Of a DNA stretch of 64,000 nucleotides, positions 31,083 through 41,031 are shown in pieces. The translations under genes were made by a program, and so were the position numbers. Position 1 is the first letter of the stretch. Each line of letters begins with the position of its first letter. The notes under the pieces were generated by a model. It was not told where the DNA came from. It was given only the letters and a program-made list of their open reading frames with translations, and did no database searches. The stretch is from Bacteroidota bacterium (GTDB taxonomy: Bacteria > Bacteroidota > Bacteroidia > NS11-12g > UBA955), in the NCBI GenBank assembly GCA_030834125.1, contig JAURFW010000001.1, forward strand, positions 160,200 to 224,199, written 5' to 3'.

Positions 31083-33932
31083 ATGACCTCAGAGAACTCC
31101 CTTTCGATTAATATGCCAAACACAACTGAGGTAATTGATGTAGTGGGTGCAAGGGAGCACAATTTAAAAGAGATAAATCTTACGATACCTCGAAATTCGA
31201 TTGTAGTATTTACTGGTTTATCAGGTTCCGGGAAAAGTAGCCTTGCATTTGATACTATTTTTGCTGAAGGTCAAAGAAGATATTTAGAAAGTTTTTCTGC
31301 CTACGCACGTCAGTTCATAGGGGATATGAAACGACCCGATGTTGACAAAATCAAAGGATTAAGCCCAGTTATTGCAATTGAGCAAAAAACTGTTTCGAGA
31401 AATCCTCGTTCCACGGTAGGTACAGTAACTGAAGTATATGATTTTTTAAGATTATTGTACGCTCGATCTGCTGATGCATACAGTTATGTAACTGGAAAAC
31501 CAATGGTTAAGTTTTCGGAAGAACAGATTGAGGAATCCATACTTGATGTATTTGAAAATCAAAAAATAACCTTATGTGCTCCTGTAATTAAGGGACGAAA
31601 AGGTCATTACAGAGAACTTTTTGAACAAATTCGAAAAAAGGGATATACAAAAGTTCGAATTGATGAATCAATTCAGGACATACTGCCGGGAATGCAGTTA
31701 GATCGATATAAGATTCATAACATAGAAGTTGTAATTGACCGACTTGAGGTGAAAACACTATCACCAAAAAGATTAAGAGATAGTATTAAAACCGCGCTTA
31801 AAATGGGTGAAGGTCATATAATAGTAATTCAGGATAACGGCACTTCTAAACCTTACAGTAAATTTTTAATGGATCCAATTTCCGGGATTAGTTACGAGGA
31901 ACCTCAACCGAATACATTTTCATTTAATTCACCATTTGGCGCTTGTAAAACTTGTGAAGGTCTTGGTGTTACATCGGAAATAAATATTGATTATATAATA
32001 CCTGATCGCAAAAAGTCAATAAACAAAGGAGGTATTGTACCTGTTGGCGAACTAAGAGAAAACTGGACATTCCAACAGTTGAGAGCCATTGCAAAGCTAT
32101 TAAATTTTAGCCTGGCAGATCCTATTGAGAAGTTATCTAAAAAACAATTAGATACCATATTATATGGACTTGATGATCCTATTGATTTTAAAATAAAGAG
32201 TGCTAATGGTTTTGTGAATCATGAGACCACATTCAAAGGGGTTTTGAAAATTGTTTCAGAATCTTACTATGATAGTTCAGATGACCGCTTGAGAACTTGG
32301 GCTGAGGAGTTTGTTCATGAAATTAATTGTCCCGATTGCAATGGCGCACGCTTAAAACAAGAATCATTATCATATAAAATTGCAGGCTTAAATATTGCCG
32401 AAATGGCAAATATGAGTATCGAAGGATTATATGAATTTTTAACTGAAATTGATTCTAAACTTTCGGACCGTCAACTTACTATTGCTTCTGAACTATTAAA
32501 AGAAATTAGAAATCGCGTTTCGTTTTTAAATAGTGTTGGTCTTGGTTATTTAACATTAAACAGCCCAGCAAAGACTCTAAGTGGCGGTGAGGCCCAACGA
32601 ATAAGACTAGCAACACAAATAGGCTCGAAACTAGTAAACGTCTTGTATATCCTTGATGAACCCTCAATAGGATTACATCAACGAGATAACGAAAAACTTA
32701 TAAATAGCTTAAAAGATTTACGTGAATTAGGGAATTCAGTTTTAGTTGTAGAGCATGATAAGGACATGATGTTAGCTAGTGATTGGCTGGTTGAGATTGG
32801 TCCAAATGCAGGAAAACGCGGTGGAGAAATTGTTGCTTCTGGTAATATTTCTCAATTTTTAGAATCGCAAACAGTAACTGCTCAGTATTTAAGCAATAAA
32901 CTCAGTATTCCTGTACCCTCAAAGAGAAAAAACCCAAATTCGGAATGGATTAAATTGACCGGCTGTAAAGGCAACAACCTAAAGAATACAGATTTAGAAA
33001 TTCCTTTAGGACTGTTTGTTTGTGTTTCCGGAGTAAGTGGTAGCGGTAAATCAACACTAGTTAATGAGACATTATTTCCGCTGGCACATGGTAAAATTTA
33101 TGGTTCACATCACCGTGTGCTTGAGCATAACAGTATTTCAGGATTGGAACATATCGACAAGGTTATAAGGATAGATCAAAGTCCAATTGGAAGAACCCCT
33201 AGAAGTAATCCAGCGACTTATGTTGGAGTATTTCAGGAAATCCGAAATTTATTCTCGCAATTACCAGAAGCCAAAATAAGGGGATATAAACCTGGAAGAT
33301 TCTCATTTAATGTTAAAGGGGGAAGATGTGAAGAATGCGGTGGAGGTGGTAAGCGTGTAATCGAGATGAACTTCTTACCTAATGTAGAAGTAAATTGTGA
33401 TGCGTGTCAAGGCAAAAGATATAATAGAGAAACATTAGAGGTTAGGTATAAAGGAAAGAGTATTTCTGATGTATTGGATATGCCTATTTCTCAGGCTGTT
33501 GAGTTTTTTGATGCCGTTCCCAAAATTGTGAGAAAAATCAATACTATGGTAGATGTTGGCCTCGGATATGTAACCTTAGGTCAGAGTAGTACTACCCTTT
33601 CTGGTGGAGAAGCGCAACGTGTAAAACTGGCTTCTGAACTCTCAAAAAGAGACACTGGAAAAACATTGTATATCCTTGATGAACCAACTACTGGTTTACA
33701 TTTTGACGACATAAAGCAGCTACTTGGGGTACTTCAAACCCTTGTAGATAAGGGAAATACTGTATTGGTAATAGAACACAATCTTGATGTTATTAAAGTA
33801 GCAGATTGGGTGATCGATGTGGGACCTGAAGGTGGAATTAATGGCGGTAAAATTGTATCGGCGGGAACACCTGAAGATGTGGCTAAAAATAAGATTAGCC
33901 ACACCGCAAAATTCTTAAAATTAGAATTATGA
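31083..33932 (+). CDS. uvrA: Excinuclease ABC subunit A
   Basis: GAREHNLK, two Walker A motifs (GLSGSGKSS, GVSGSGKST), LSGGEAQR twice and CxxC zinc motifs. Start is ATG 31083 or 31113. Confidence 0.98.
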   Translation: MTSENSLSINMPNTTEVIDVVGAREHNLKEINLTIPRNSIVVFTGLSGSGKSSLAFDTIFAEGQRRYLESFSAYARQFIGDMKRPDVDKIKGLSPVIAIEQKTVSRNPRSTVGTVTEVYDFLRLLYARSADAYSYVTGKPMVKFSEEQIEESILDVFENQKITLCAPVIKGRKGHYRELFEQIRKKGYTKVRIDESIQDILPGMQLDRYKIHNIEVVIDRLEVKTLSPKRLRDSIKTALKMGEGHIIVIQDNGTSKPYSKFLMDPISGISYEEPQPNTFSFNSPFGACKTCEGLGVTSEINIDYIIPDRKKSINKGGIVPVGELRENWTFQQLRAIAKLLNFSLADPIEKLSKKQLDTILYGLDDPIDFKIKSANGFVNHETTFKGVLKIVSESYYDSSDDRLRTWAEEFVHEINCPDCNGARLKQESLSYKIAGLNIAEMANMSIEGLYEFLTEIDSKLSDRQLTIASELLKEIRNRVSFLNSVGLGYLTLNSPAKTLSGGEAQRIRLATQIGSKLVNVLYILDEPSIGLHQRDNEKLINSLKDLRELGNSVLVVEHDKDMMLASDWLVEIGPNAGKRGGEIVASGNISQFLESQTVTAQYLSNKLSIPVPSKRKNPNSEWIKLTGCKGNNLKNTDLEIPLGLFVCVSGVSGSGKSTLVNETLFPLAHGKIYGSHHRVLEHNSISGLEHIDKVIRIDQSPIGRTPRSNPATYVGVFQEIRNLFSQLPEAKIRGYKPGRFSFNVKGGRCEECGGGGKRVIEMNFLPNVEVNCDACQGKRYNRETLEVRYKGKSISDVLDMPISQAVEFFDAVPKIVRKINTMVDVGLGYVTLGQSSTTLSGGEAQRVKLASELSKRDTGKTLYILDEPTTGLHFDDIKQLLGVLQTLVDKGNTVLVIEHNLDVIKVADWVIDVGPEGGINGGKIVSAGTPEDVAKNKISHTAKFLKLEL

Positions 33933-34988
33933 TTTAGGCTTTGATGGAGTTGAAGGCTTCACTCCTGGAAAGCTTTTAGGGCTAATTGTTGCTGGTGAAT
34001 TTCCAGAGCGTGAAGGACTCGTACCACTTCCTTTATAAATAGAACTTCCTCTATCCTCCGATTCATCACCTTCTTCGCATGGGCAAGGAGGACAAGGTTG
34101 ATTTAACGGTTGAACTACAATACTTGTATCATAATAGCCCTCTTTTATAATTCGTTTTTCATACTTATTTGTGCTTAAATCAAATAGAAAACCAATTTTC
34201 CATTGATTCGTATTGTGTTTAACGTCCCTAATTACACCATCGAATGAAAGCCCATTGAAAGTTGAATTGTATACATCTACCACTTCTAAATCACTTCCTC
34301 TTTTATCAATATATGAAACATACATACTAATAGCTGTATTTAATCTTACTCTAAGACCAATTTCTGTTGATAAATACCCAGCAACCGAATTATGAAGATC
34401 TACTGATCCAAAAGCTTCGTAATCTGTAATGGGTACATAAGTTTCTGTGTACTGGTTCGAATTATAGAATGAAACTCCACCCTGCATTCCTAAATACGGA
34501 TAAAATCTGCCTAACTGAAATTCATAACGCAACATAGAATAAAGGTGAACTGCGTTATTTTTAACATGAGTATATGCGCTGTCTTCTCTAGTTGTATTAA
34601 GTGCTACATTATGGAGATCGCCATTAGAGAATTGATTAAACCCCATTCCTAATCCCCAATTAATGTTTCCCCAATTACTTATCATGGATTTTGGTAAAGC
34701 AGAAAACAAGAAATAGAAGTCGAAACCACTTGAATTGTTTAATTGATCTAAACTGTCCCAGCTGTTTGGTCCAAGACCTTTAAAACTTTCATTATTGTAT
34801 TCGAGACCTAAAGCAACATTGGTAATATAATTTTGTCGAAGTGGAATATATTCATAAGTTGGATTTACATAACGTACTCTTTGAACTACTTTGTAATCCT
34901 TTTCTATTTCGCTGCTATCTGATTGTGCAATAACCCCTGTAGTTGCAAATAAAAAACTAAGAAAAATGAAGAAATTATTTTTTTTCAT
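33927..34988 (-). CDS. Hypothetical exported protein, probable outer-membrane beta-barrel
   Basis: Signal peptide from MKKNNFF, alternating aromatic/hydrophobic strands (YPYLGMQGG, EIGLRV, WKIGFLF) and a low-complexity C-terminal tail. Confidence 0.6.
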   Translation of the reverse strand: MKKNNFFIFLSFLFATTGVIAQSDSSEIEKDYKVVQRVRYVNPTYEYIPLRQNYITNVALGLEYNNESFKGLGPNSWDSLDQLNNSSGFDFYFLFSALPKSMISNWGNINWGLGMGFNQFSNGDLHNVALNTTREDSAYTHVKNNAVHLYSMLRYEFQLGRFYPYLGMQGGVSFYNSNQYTETYVPITDYEAFGSVDLHNSVAGYLSTEIGLRVRLNTAISMYVSYIDKRGSDLEVVDVYNSTFNGLSFDGVIRDVKHNTNQWKIGFLFDLSTNKYEKRIIKEGYYDTSIVVQPLNQPCPPCPCEEGDESEDRGSSIYKGSGTSPSRSGNSPATISPKSFPGVKPSTPSKPKS

Positions 34989-35088
34989 AACTATAAAATA
35001 CAAATTAATAAAAAAAGGCACTAAAATCAAGATAAACCAATATAAATTATCAGCAAGAACCTGTAAACTCTTAAATTTGCATCTTTCT

Positions 35089-36441
35089 ATGAATAATTTA
35101 AATGCAATTAGCCCCGTTGATGGCCGTTATTCAAGAGTTACGGCACCTTTAATACGTTATTTTTCTGAATCTGCGTTAATTCGATACCGGATTAAAATTG
35201 AAATAGAATATTTGATTGCATTATCACATGCGGCTCTAAAGGGCTGGGATTTTGGAATGTTATTAGATAAATCCAAGGAACTAAGAGCATGGACCCGAAA
35301 TATTAGCGATGAAGAAGTACAAAAAGTTAAAGAGATAGAAAAAACCACGAACCACGATGTTAAGGCTGTAGAATATCTAGTTAAAGAAAAATTAGATAGT
35401 TGGGGATTGGATTATTACCGAGAATTAGTTCATTTTGGATTAACATCACAAGACATCAATAATACCGCAATTCCATGGTTAATAAAGGATGCATTAAATG
35501 AAGTATTAATTCCTCAATTAGAAAAAATAATTACAATTATTGAAAAGCAGGGTACTGAATGGATGAATCAACCTATGTTAGCCAGGACCCATGGCCAACC
35601 GGCTTCACCAACACATTTAGGTAAAGAGTGGTTAGTGTTTGCAGTTAGGCTAAAAGGTCAGATTCAACCTGTAAAAAACATTCCGGCAAAAGCTAAATTT
35701 GGAGGTGCCACAGGGAATTTTAATGCACACAACATAGCTTTCCCAGAGATTGATTGGATTTCATTTGCTGATAATTTCATTAATACTCAGTTGGGGCTAG
35801 TAAGAAACCCTATAACCACACAAATCGAGCCATACGACTCAATGGCTGCACTTTTGGATGCTTGGAAGAGAATAGACAATATACTAATTGATTTCTCAAG
35901 AGATGTTTGGAGTTATATTTCCATGGATTACTTCAAACAAGCAATAAAAAAGGGGGAAGTTGGATCTTCAGCAATGCCACACAAAGTAAACCCTATAGAT
36001 TTCGAAAATGCAGAAGGCAATATGGGAGTTGCAAATGCGCTGTATGAGCATTTAGCGGGAAAACTGCCTATCAGCAGACTACAAAGAGATCTCACCGATA
36101 GTACTGTATTAAGGAATATAGGAATCCCATTTGCTCATACATTAATTGGTTTAGTGAGTTTAGAGAAAGGCTTGAACAAACTGATTCTTAATGCTGAAAA
36201 GTTAAATGAAGACCTAGAGAATAACTGGGCAGTTGTTGCTGAAGCTATACAAACTATTCTAAGGAGAGAGAAGTACCCTAACCCTTATGAAGCGTTGAAA
36301 GATTTGACTCGTAATAACGAAAAAATCACAAAATCGTCAATACATGCGTTTATTGATACTTTAGATATCGAAGAGGATGTCAAAATTGAACTTAAGAATA
36401 TTAGTCCGCAGAATTATACAGGCGTTATTCCGCACCTCTAA
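35089..36441 (+). CDS. purB: Adenylosuccinate lyase
   Basis: AISPVDGRY, TNHDVKAVEY, TSQDINN, ARTHGQPA and SSAMPHKVNPIDFEN. Start moved to ATG 35089, after a -7 box at 35072-35079. Confidence 0.97.
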   Translation: MNNLNAISPVDGRYSRVTAPLIRYFSESALIRYRIKIEIEYLIALSHAALKGWDFGMLLDKSKELRAWTRNISDEEVQKVKEIEKTTNHDVKAVEYLVKEKLDSWGLDYYRELVHFGLTSQDINNTAIPWLIKDALNEVLIPQLEKIITIIEKQGTEWMNQPMLARTHGQPASPTHLGKEWLVFAVRLKGQIQPVKNIPAKAKFGGATGNFNAHNIAFPEIDWISFADNFINTQLGLVRNPITTQIEPYDSMAALLDAWKRIDNILIDFSRDVWSYISMDYFKQAIKKGEVGSSAMPHKVNPIDFENAEGNMGVANALYEHLAGKLPISRLQRDLTDSTVLRNIGIPFAHTLIGLVSLEKGLNKLILNAEKLNEDLENNWAVVAEAIQTILRREKYPNPYEALKDLTRNNEKITKSSIHAFIDTLDIEEDVKIELKNISPQNYTGVIPHL

Positions 36442-38272
36442 AATATCGTTCCTAAGATTTTCAATTGGATTGTTCGTAGTACTCTTATGTATTACGTCGG
36501 TATTATTTATTTTTAGGAAGGAGATTATTTCCTCTCAACTTATCAATAAATTAAGGAAGAAAGGTTTAGATTTAAGTTACAGTAACTTAAATATTGATGG
36601 ATTTGATAAGCTCAAGTTTGAAAATCTCTTAATAAAAAATTCTGGATATTCAGGAGATTACCTGTTTAAAAGTGAGATTGTTGAACTAGATATAAATATC
36701 TGGAAAAGTGTTTTTGGGACGATTTCATTTAATGACCTCAAAATAGGAAATTCATCTCTTCATTTAGTTGACTCTTCAAATATTAGTAATTACAAGACAT
36801 ACGGAGAGGGTAATTCAACCGCAAAAAATCAAAAAAAATCTTTTACTCAAACCTTCAATTATTATTTAAGTTTCTTACCTAAAAATATGGTGATTGATAA
36901 TTTTGAATTCTCCTTCAAGGATTCAATTGTATGCCAAAAAATGAAGGTTTTACATGTTATAAAGATGAATGATTCGTTTGACATCCAATTTTACAAATTG
37001 GATGTACAAGGTTCAATATCAGCAGAAACTAAGAAATTTAAATTATTTATTAGTCCAAGGAATAATGAGGCGATTAAATGGAAAGACCTATCATTAACAA
37101 TTCCCAAGGCATCACTAGAAATCTTACCATTTGAACAAGACGACATAAGCTTCGGGTGTATATTAAATTTTAAATCAGAAGAATTTGAATTCTCTCATCC
37201 AAAAATTTCAGATCAAACCATTGACTTACAAAAACTTAAGACTAAACTTACCCTTTTAATTGATGGAGATAAATTCAAAATAGACTCCAATAGTATTATT
37301 TCTTTGGGGAACCTAGTATTTAACATTTCAGGTGCATTCACAAACAAGGTAAATCCTAAGTATGAATTATCTATTCATGTTCCAAAATCAAATGTTGCCA
37401 ATTTATTTACAACTTTACCTAAAGGTTTATTCCCTTATTCTTCAACTATCAAATCTGTTGGAAAATGGGAATATAACTTTAATGTTAATTTGGACTCAGA
37501 GAACTTAGATTCTACAATTTTTGAAAGTGAAATTTGGTTAGATTCAGATTTTAAAATATTGAATTGGGGTAAAACAGAACCCCAGAAATATTTACATGAA
37601 TTCGATTATCAAACACAATTCTCGGGAGGAAAAGTTTATAATTTTCGAGTAGGTCACGGGAACCCTGATTATGTAAAACTTGAAAATATAAGTCCCTTGT
37701 TAGTGAAGGCTATTCTCACGTCGGAAGATCCAAGTTATTTTTATCATAACGGATTTTATAAATCGGCATTTAGAGAAGCCTTGATTGAAAACTATCAAAA
37801 GAAAAAAATTGTTCGTGGCGGTAGTACTATAAGTATGCAACTTGTAAAAAACATATACCTATCACATAACAAAACACTAGCGCGGAAACTTGAGGAAATT
37901 ATTATTGTTTGGTTGCTGGAGAATAAAAGAGCAATAAGCAAAGAACGCATGCTTGAAATTTACTTAAATATTATTGAGTGGGGACCTGGTATATTTGGTG
38001 TAGGACAAGCCAGTTGGTTTTATTTCCAAAAAAATGCTTCAGAACTTTCGATGGAGGAATCAATTTATTTGGCTAGCCTTATTCCAGCGCCGAGTAAATC
38101 AAAATGGAGTATAGATGATAACGGAAAGGTAAATCCGAAATGGACTAGATATTTTAAATTGGCTAATAGAATCCGTAACATCGACGGTACCCTTATTGAT
38201 ACAACCCATGTTAATGTACTTAAAATCCATCGGGATGCAGTAACTAATTTGCGCAAACCAATGTCAAAGTGA
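36377..38272 (+). CDS. Monofunctional peptidoglycan transglycosylase (GT51) with a long N-terminal extension
   Basis: SEDPSYFYHNG, RGGSTISMQLVKN, RKLEE, YLNIIEWG and an N-terminal TM. Start uncertain (65-nt overlap with purB). Confidence 0.85.
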   Translation: MSKLNLRILVRRIIQALFRTSKISFLRFSIGLFVVLLCITSVLFIFRKEIISSQLINKLRKKGLDLSYSNLNIDGFDKLKFENLLIKNSGYSGDYLFKSEIVELDINIWKSVFGTISFNDLKIGNSSLHLVDSSNISNYKTYGEGNSTAKNQKKSFTQTFNYYLSFLPKNMVIDNFEFSFKDSIVCQKMKVLHVIKMNDSFDIQFYKLDVQGSISAETKKFKLFISPRNNEAIKWKDLSLTIPKASLEILPFEQDDISFGCILNFKSEEFEFSHPKISDQTIDLQKLKTKLTLLIDGDKFKIDSNSIISLGNLVFNISGAFTNKVNPKYELSIHVPKSNVANLFTTLPKGLFPYSSTIKSVGKWEYNFNVNLDSENLDSTIFESEIWLDSDFKILNWGKTEPQKYLHEFDYQTQFSGGKVYNFRVGHGNPDYVKLENISPLLVKAILTSEDPSYFYHNGFYKSAFREALIENYQKKKIVRGGSTISMQLVKNIYLSHNKTLARKLEEIIIVWLLENKRAISKERMLEIYLNIIEWGPGIFGVGQASWFYFQKNASELSMEESIYLASLIPAPSKSKWSIDDNGKVNPKWTRYFKLANRIRNIDGTLIDTTHVNVLKIHRDAVTNLRKPMSK

Positions 38273-38385
38273 CATTAATAATACATTAAAACACTCTAAA
38301 TCAGCCAAATTGTCGCTAATCATTAGGTTTTATTTGAAAATCCTTGTATGTAGAGCATTGGAATACATTTTGATTCGAATAAAAT

Positions 38386-40995
38386 ATGAATCAACAACTA
38401 TTAACAATTAAGGCGCAAGAGACATTAAACAGGGCACAAAACCTTGTTATTTCCGCCGGAAATCAGAGTATAGAGGTATCTCATTTACTATTATCAATAA
38501 TTCGGGAAGAACCAGAACCAATTAAATTTCTTACTGGTAAACTTGGAGTAAATATTGAACATATTGAAAAGGTTGTAGACAGTGAAATAAAACAATTGCC
38601 CGTGGTTGAAGGCGGAAATATATATGCATCTAACGAATTAAGTAAATTATTTGTGCAGGCAGAGAAAGAAATGAAGTCGATGCAAGATGAATTTATCACA
38701 AATTCACATTTCTTATTGGCAATGTTGGAGGGCACCGACTCTACCTCGCGGATATTAAAAGATGCTGGCATTAAAAAATCAGACCTGAAAAAGGCAATTA
38801 TTGAAATGCGAGGCGGAAAGAAGGTTGACTCTCAAACTTCTGAAAATCAATTCAATTCACTCAAGAAATACGCAAATAATTTAAACGAGCTTGCTAGCGA
38901 AGGAAAGTTAGACCCAGTCATAGGGAGGGATGATGAGATTCGTCGTGTATTACAAATTTTAAGTAGACGCACTAAGAATAACCCGGTATTAATAGGAGAA
39001 CCTGGTGTTGGTAAAACGGCCATAGCTGAGGGTTTAGCTCATAGAATTATAAGAGGAGATGTTCCAGAAAATTTAAAATCAAAGCAGATTTACAGCCTCG
39101 ATATGGGGGCACTAATTGCTGGTGCCAAGTATAAGGGAGAATTCGAAGAACGTTTAAAGGCGGTAATAAAAGAAGTTACTCAAAGTAACGGTGAAGTTGT
39201 ATTATTTATTGATGAAATTCACACTTTAGTAGGAGCTGGAAAAGGTGAAGGGGCGATGGATGCTGCAAATATTTTAAAACCCGCTTTAGCCCGTGGTGAA
39301 TTACGAGCTATAGGTGCCACTACCCTGGCTGAATATCAGAAATACATTGAAAAAGATAAAGCATTAGAACGCAGATTCCAGAAAGTGATTGTTGAAGAAC
39401 CCGATACTCAAGAAGCAATTAGTATTTTAAGAGGATTAAAAGAAAGATATGAATCTCACCATAAAGTAAGAATTAAAGATGAAGCAATTATTAACGCGGT
39501 AGAGATGAGTCAGCGCTATATTTCCGATAGATTTTTACCTGATAAGGCGATTGATCTTCTAGATGAAGCAGCGAGTAAATTACGACTAGAAATGGATTCA
39601 GTTCCTGAGGAATTAGATGAACTTAACAGGAGGATTATGCAATTGGAGATTGAGCGTGAAGCAATTAAACGCGAGAATGACAAGGTTAAATTAGCCCGTT
39701 TAAATGAGGAAATTGCCAACTTAACCGATAAGCGTGATGAACTAAATTCCCAATGGCAGAACGAAAAAAACATCCTAACCCAAATACAACAAAAAAAAGC
39801 ATCTATAGAATCATTAAAATTAGAAGCCGAACAAGCTGAACGAGATGGAAACTATGGAAGAGTTGCTGAAATTAGATACGGTTTAATAAAAAACACTGAG
39901 GAAGATCTATTTGCACTTACAATGAAGTTAAAAGAGAGTAAGCAAGCAAAAACAATGGTAAAGCAGGAAGTTGATGCGGAGGATATTGCAGAAGTTGTAA
40001 GCAGGTGGACAGGTATACCCGTTATTAAAATGCTACAAAGTGAAAGACAGAAACTCCTTAGTTTAGAATCTGAACTTCATAAAAGAGTAGTTGGTCAAAA
40101 TGAAGCTATTGAAGCTCTTTCAAATGCAATTCGACGAAGCAGAGCGGGTTTACAAGACCCAAAGAAACCAATAGGATCATTTGTGTTTCTTGGTACTACT
40201 GGAGTAGGCAAAACAGAATTAGCCAAGGCGCTTGCAGAGTATTTATTCGATACGGACCAAGCGATGGTTAGAATTGACATGTCTGAATATCAAGAAAAGC
40301 ATGCTTTAAGCCGATTAGTTGGAGCGCCTCCCGGATATGTTGGATATGACGAAGGAGGGCAATTAACAGAAGCAATTAGAAGGAGACCATATAGTGTTGT
40401 TTTATTGGATGAAATTGAGAAAGCTCACCCAGATGTTTTCAATATACTTCTACAAGTGTTAGATGATGGTAGGCTAACAGACAATAAAGGTAGAACCGCG
40501 AATTTTAGGAATACCATAATTATAATGACTTCAAATATTGGTGCTGAACTCATTAGAGAAAATTATGAAACCCTAACTATTGAAAACCATGATTCAGTTT
40601 TGGCAAAGACTAAGCTTGATGTATATGAACTACTCAAAAAGAGTATTCGACCTGAATTCCTCAATAGAATTGACGAGTTAATTATGTTTGAGCCATTGAG
40701 CAGAGACAATATCAGAGCTATTGCAGATATTCAATTTAAGGAACTCTACGATCGTATGAGCTACGCAGGATATAATGTAGTAATTAGCGAAGATGCTCTA
40801 GATTGGTTGTCACAATTGGGATATGATCCTCAATTTGGTGCTAGACCATTAAAGAGAGTAATACAAAAGAAAATAATGGATGAATTGAGTAAGGAGATTT
40901 TGAGCGGAAGAGTTGCCCCTTCAGATGAAATTCTAATTGACTTAAAAGATAATCAACTTATATTTCAAAATTCTCAAACTGTGAATAAGAACTGA
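38386..40995 (+). CDS. clpB: Chaperone ClpB
   Basis: [23 protein letters not shown], coiled-coil middle domain, [15 protein letters not shown] and GARPLKR. Confidence 0.97.
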   Translation: MNQQLLTIKAQETLNRAQNLVISAGNQSIEVSHLLLSIIREEPEPIKFLTGKLGVNIEHIEKVVDSEIKQLPVVEGGNIYASNELSKLFVQAEKEMKSMQDEFITNSHFLLAMLEGTDSTSRILKDAGIKKSDLKKAIIEMRGGKKVDSQTSENQFNSLKKYANNLNELASEGKLDPVIGRDDEIRRVLQILSRRTKNNPVLIGEPGVGKTAIAEGLAHRIIRGDVPENLKSKQIYSLDMGALIAGAKYKGEFEERLKAVIKEVTQSNGEVVLFIDEIHTLVGAGKGEGAMDAANILKPALARGELRAIGATTLAEYQKYIEKDKALERRFQKVIVEEPDTQEAISILRGLKERYESHHKVRIKDEAIINAVEMSQRYISDRFLPDKAIDLLDEAASKLRLEMDSVPEELDELNRRIMQLEIEREAIKRENDKVKLARLNEEIANLTDKRDELNSQWQNEKNILTQIQQKKASIESLKLEAEQAERDGNYGRVAEIRYGLIKNTEEDLFALTMKLKESKQAKTMVKQEVDAEDIAEVVSRWTGIPVIKMLQSERQKLLSLESELHKRVVGQNEAIEALSNAIRRSRAGLQDPKKPIGSFVFLGTTGVGKTELAKALAEYLFDTDQAMVRIDMSEYQEKHALSRLVGAPPGYVGYDEGGQLTEAIRRRPYSVVLLDEIEKAHPDVFNILLQVLDDGRLTDNKGRTANFRNTIIIMTSNIGAELIRENYETLTIENHDSVLAKTKLDVYELLKKSIRPEFLNRIDELIMFEPLSRDNIRAIADIQFKELYDRMSYAGYNVVISEDALDWLSQLGYDPQFGARPLKRVIQKKIMDELSKEILSGRVAPSDEILIDLKDNQLIFQNSQTVNKN

Positions 40996-41031
40996 ATAGG
41001 AATTGAATATACTTTAAAAAGGGGCCCTTTT

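Noticed and set aside
34966..35088. N-terminal extension of purB (similar extensions on yceD, gldK, porP, lipB and the thioesterase)
   Set aside because: The extensions cross promoter boxes or terminators, or precede the recognisable N-terminus; downstream ATGs fit better.
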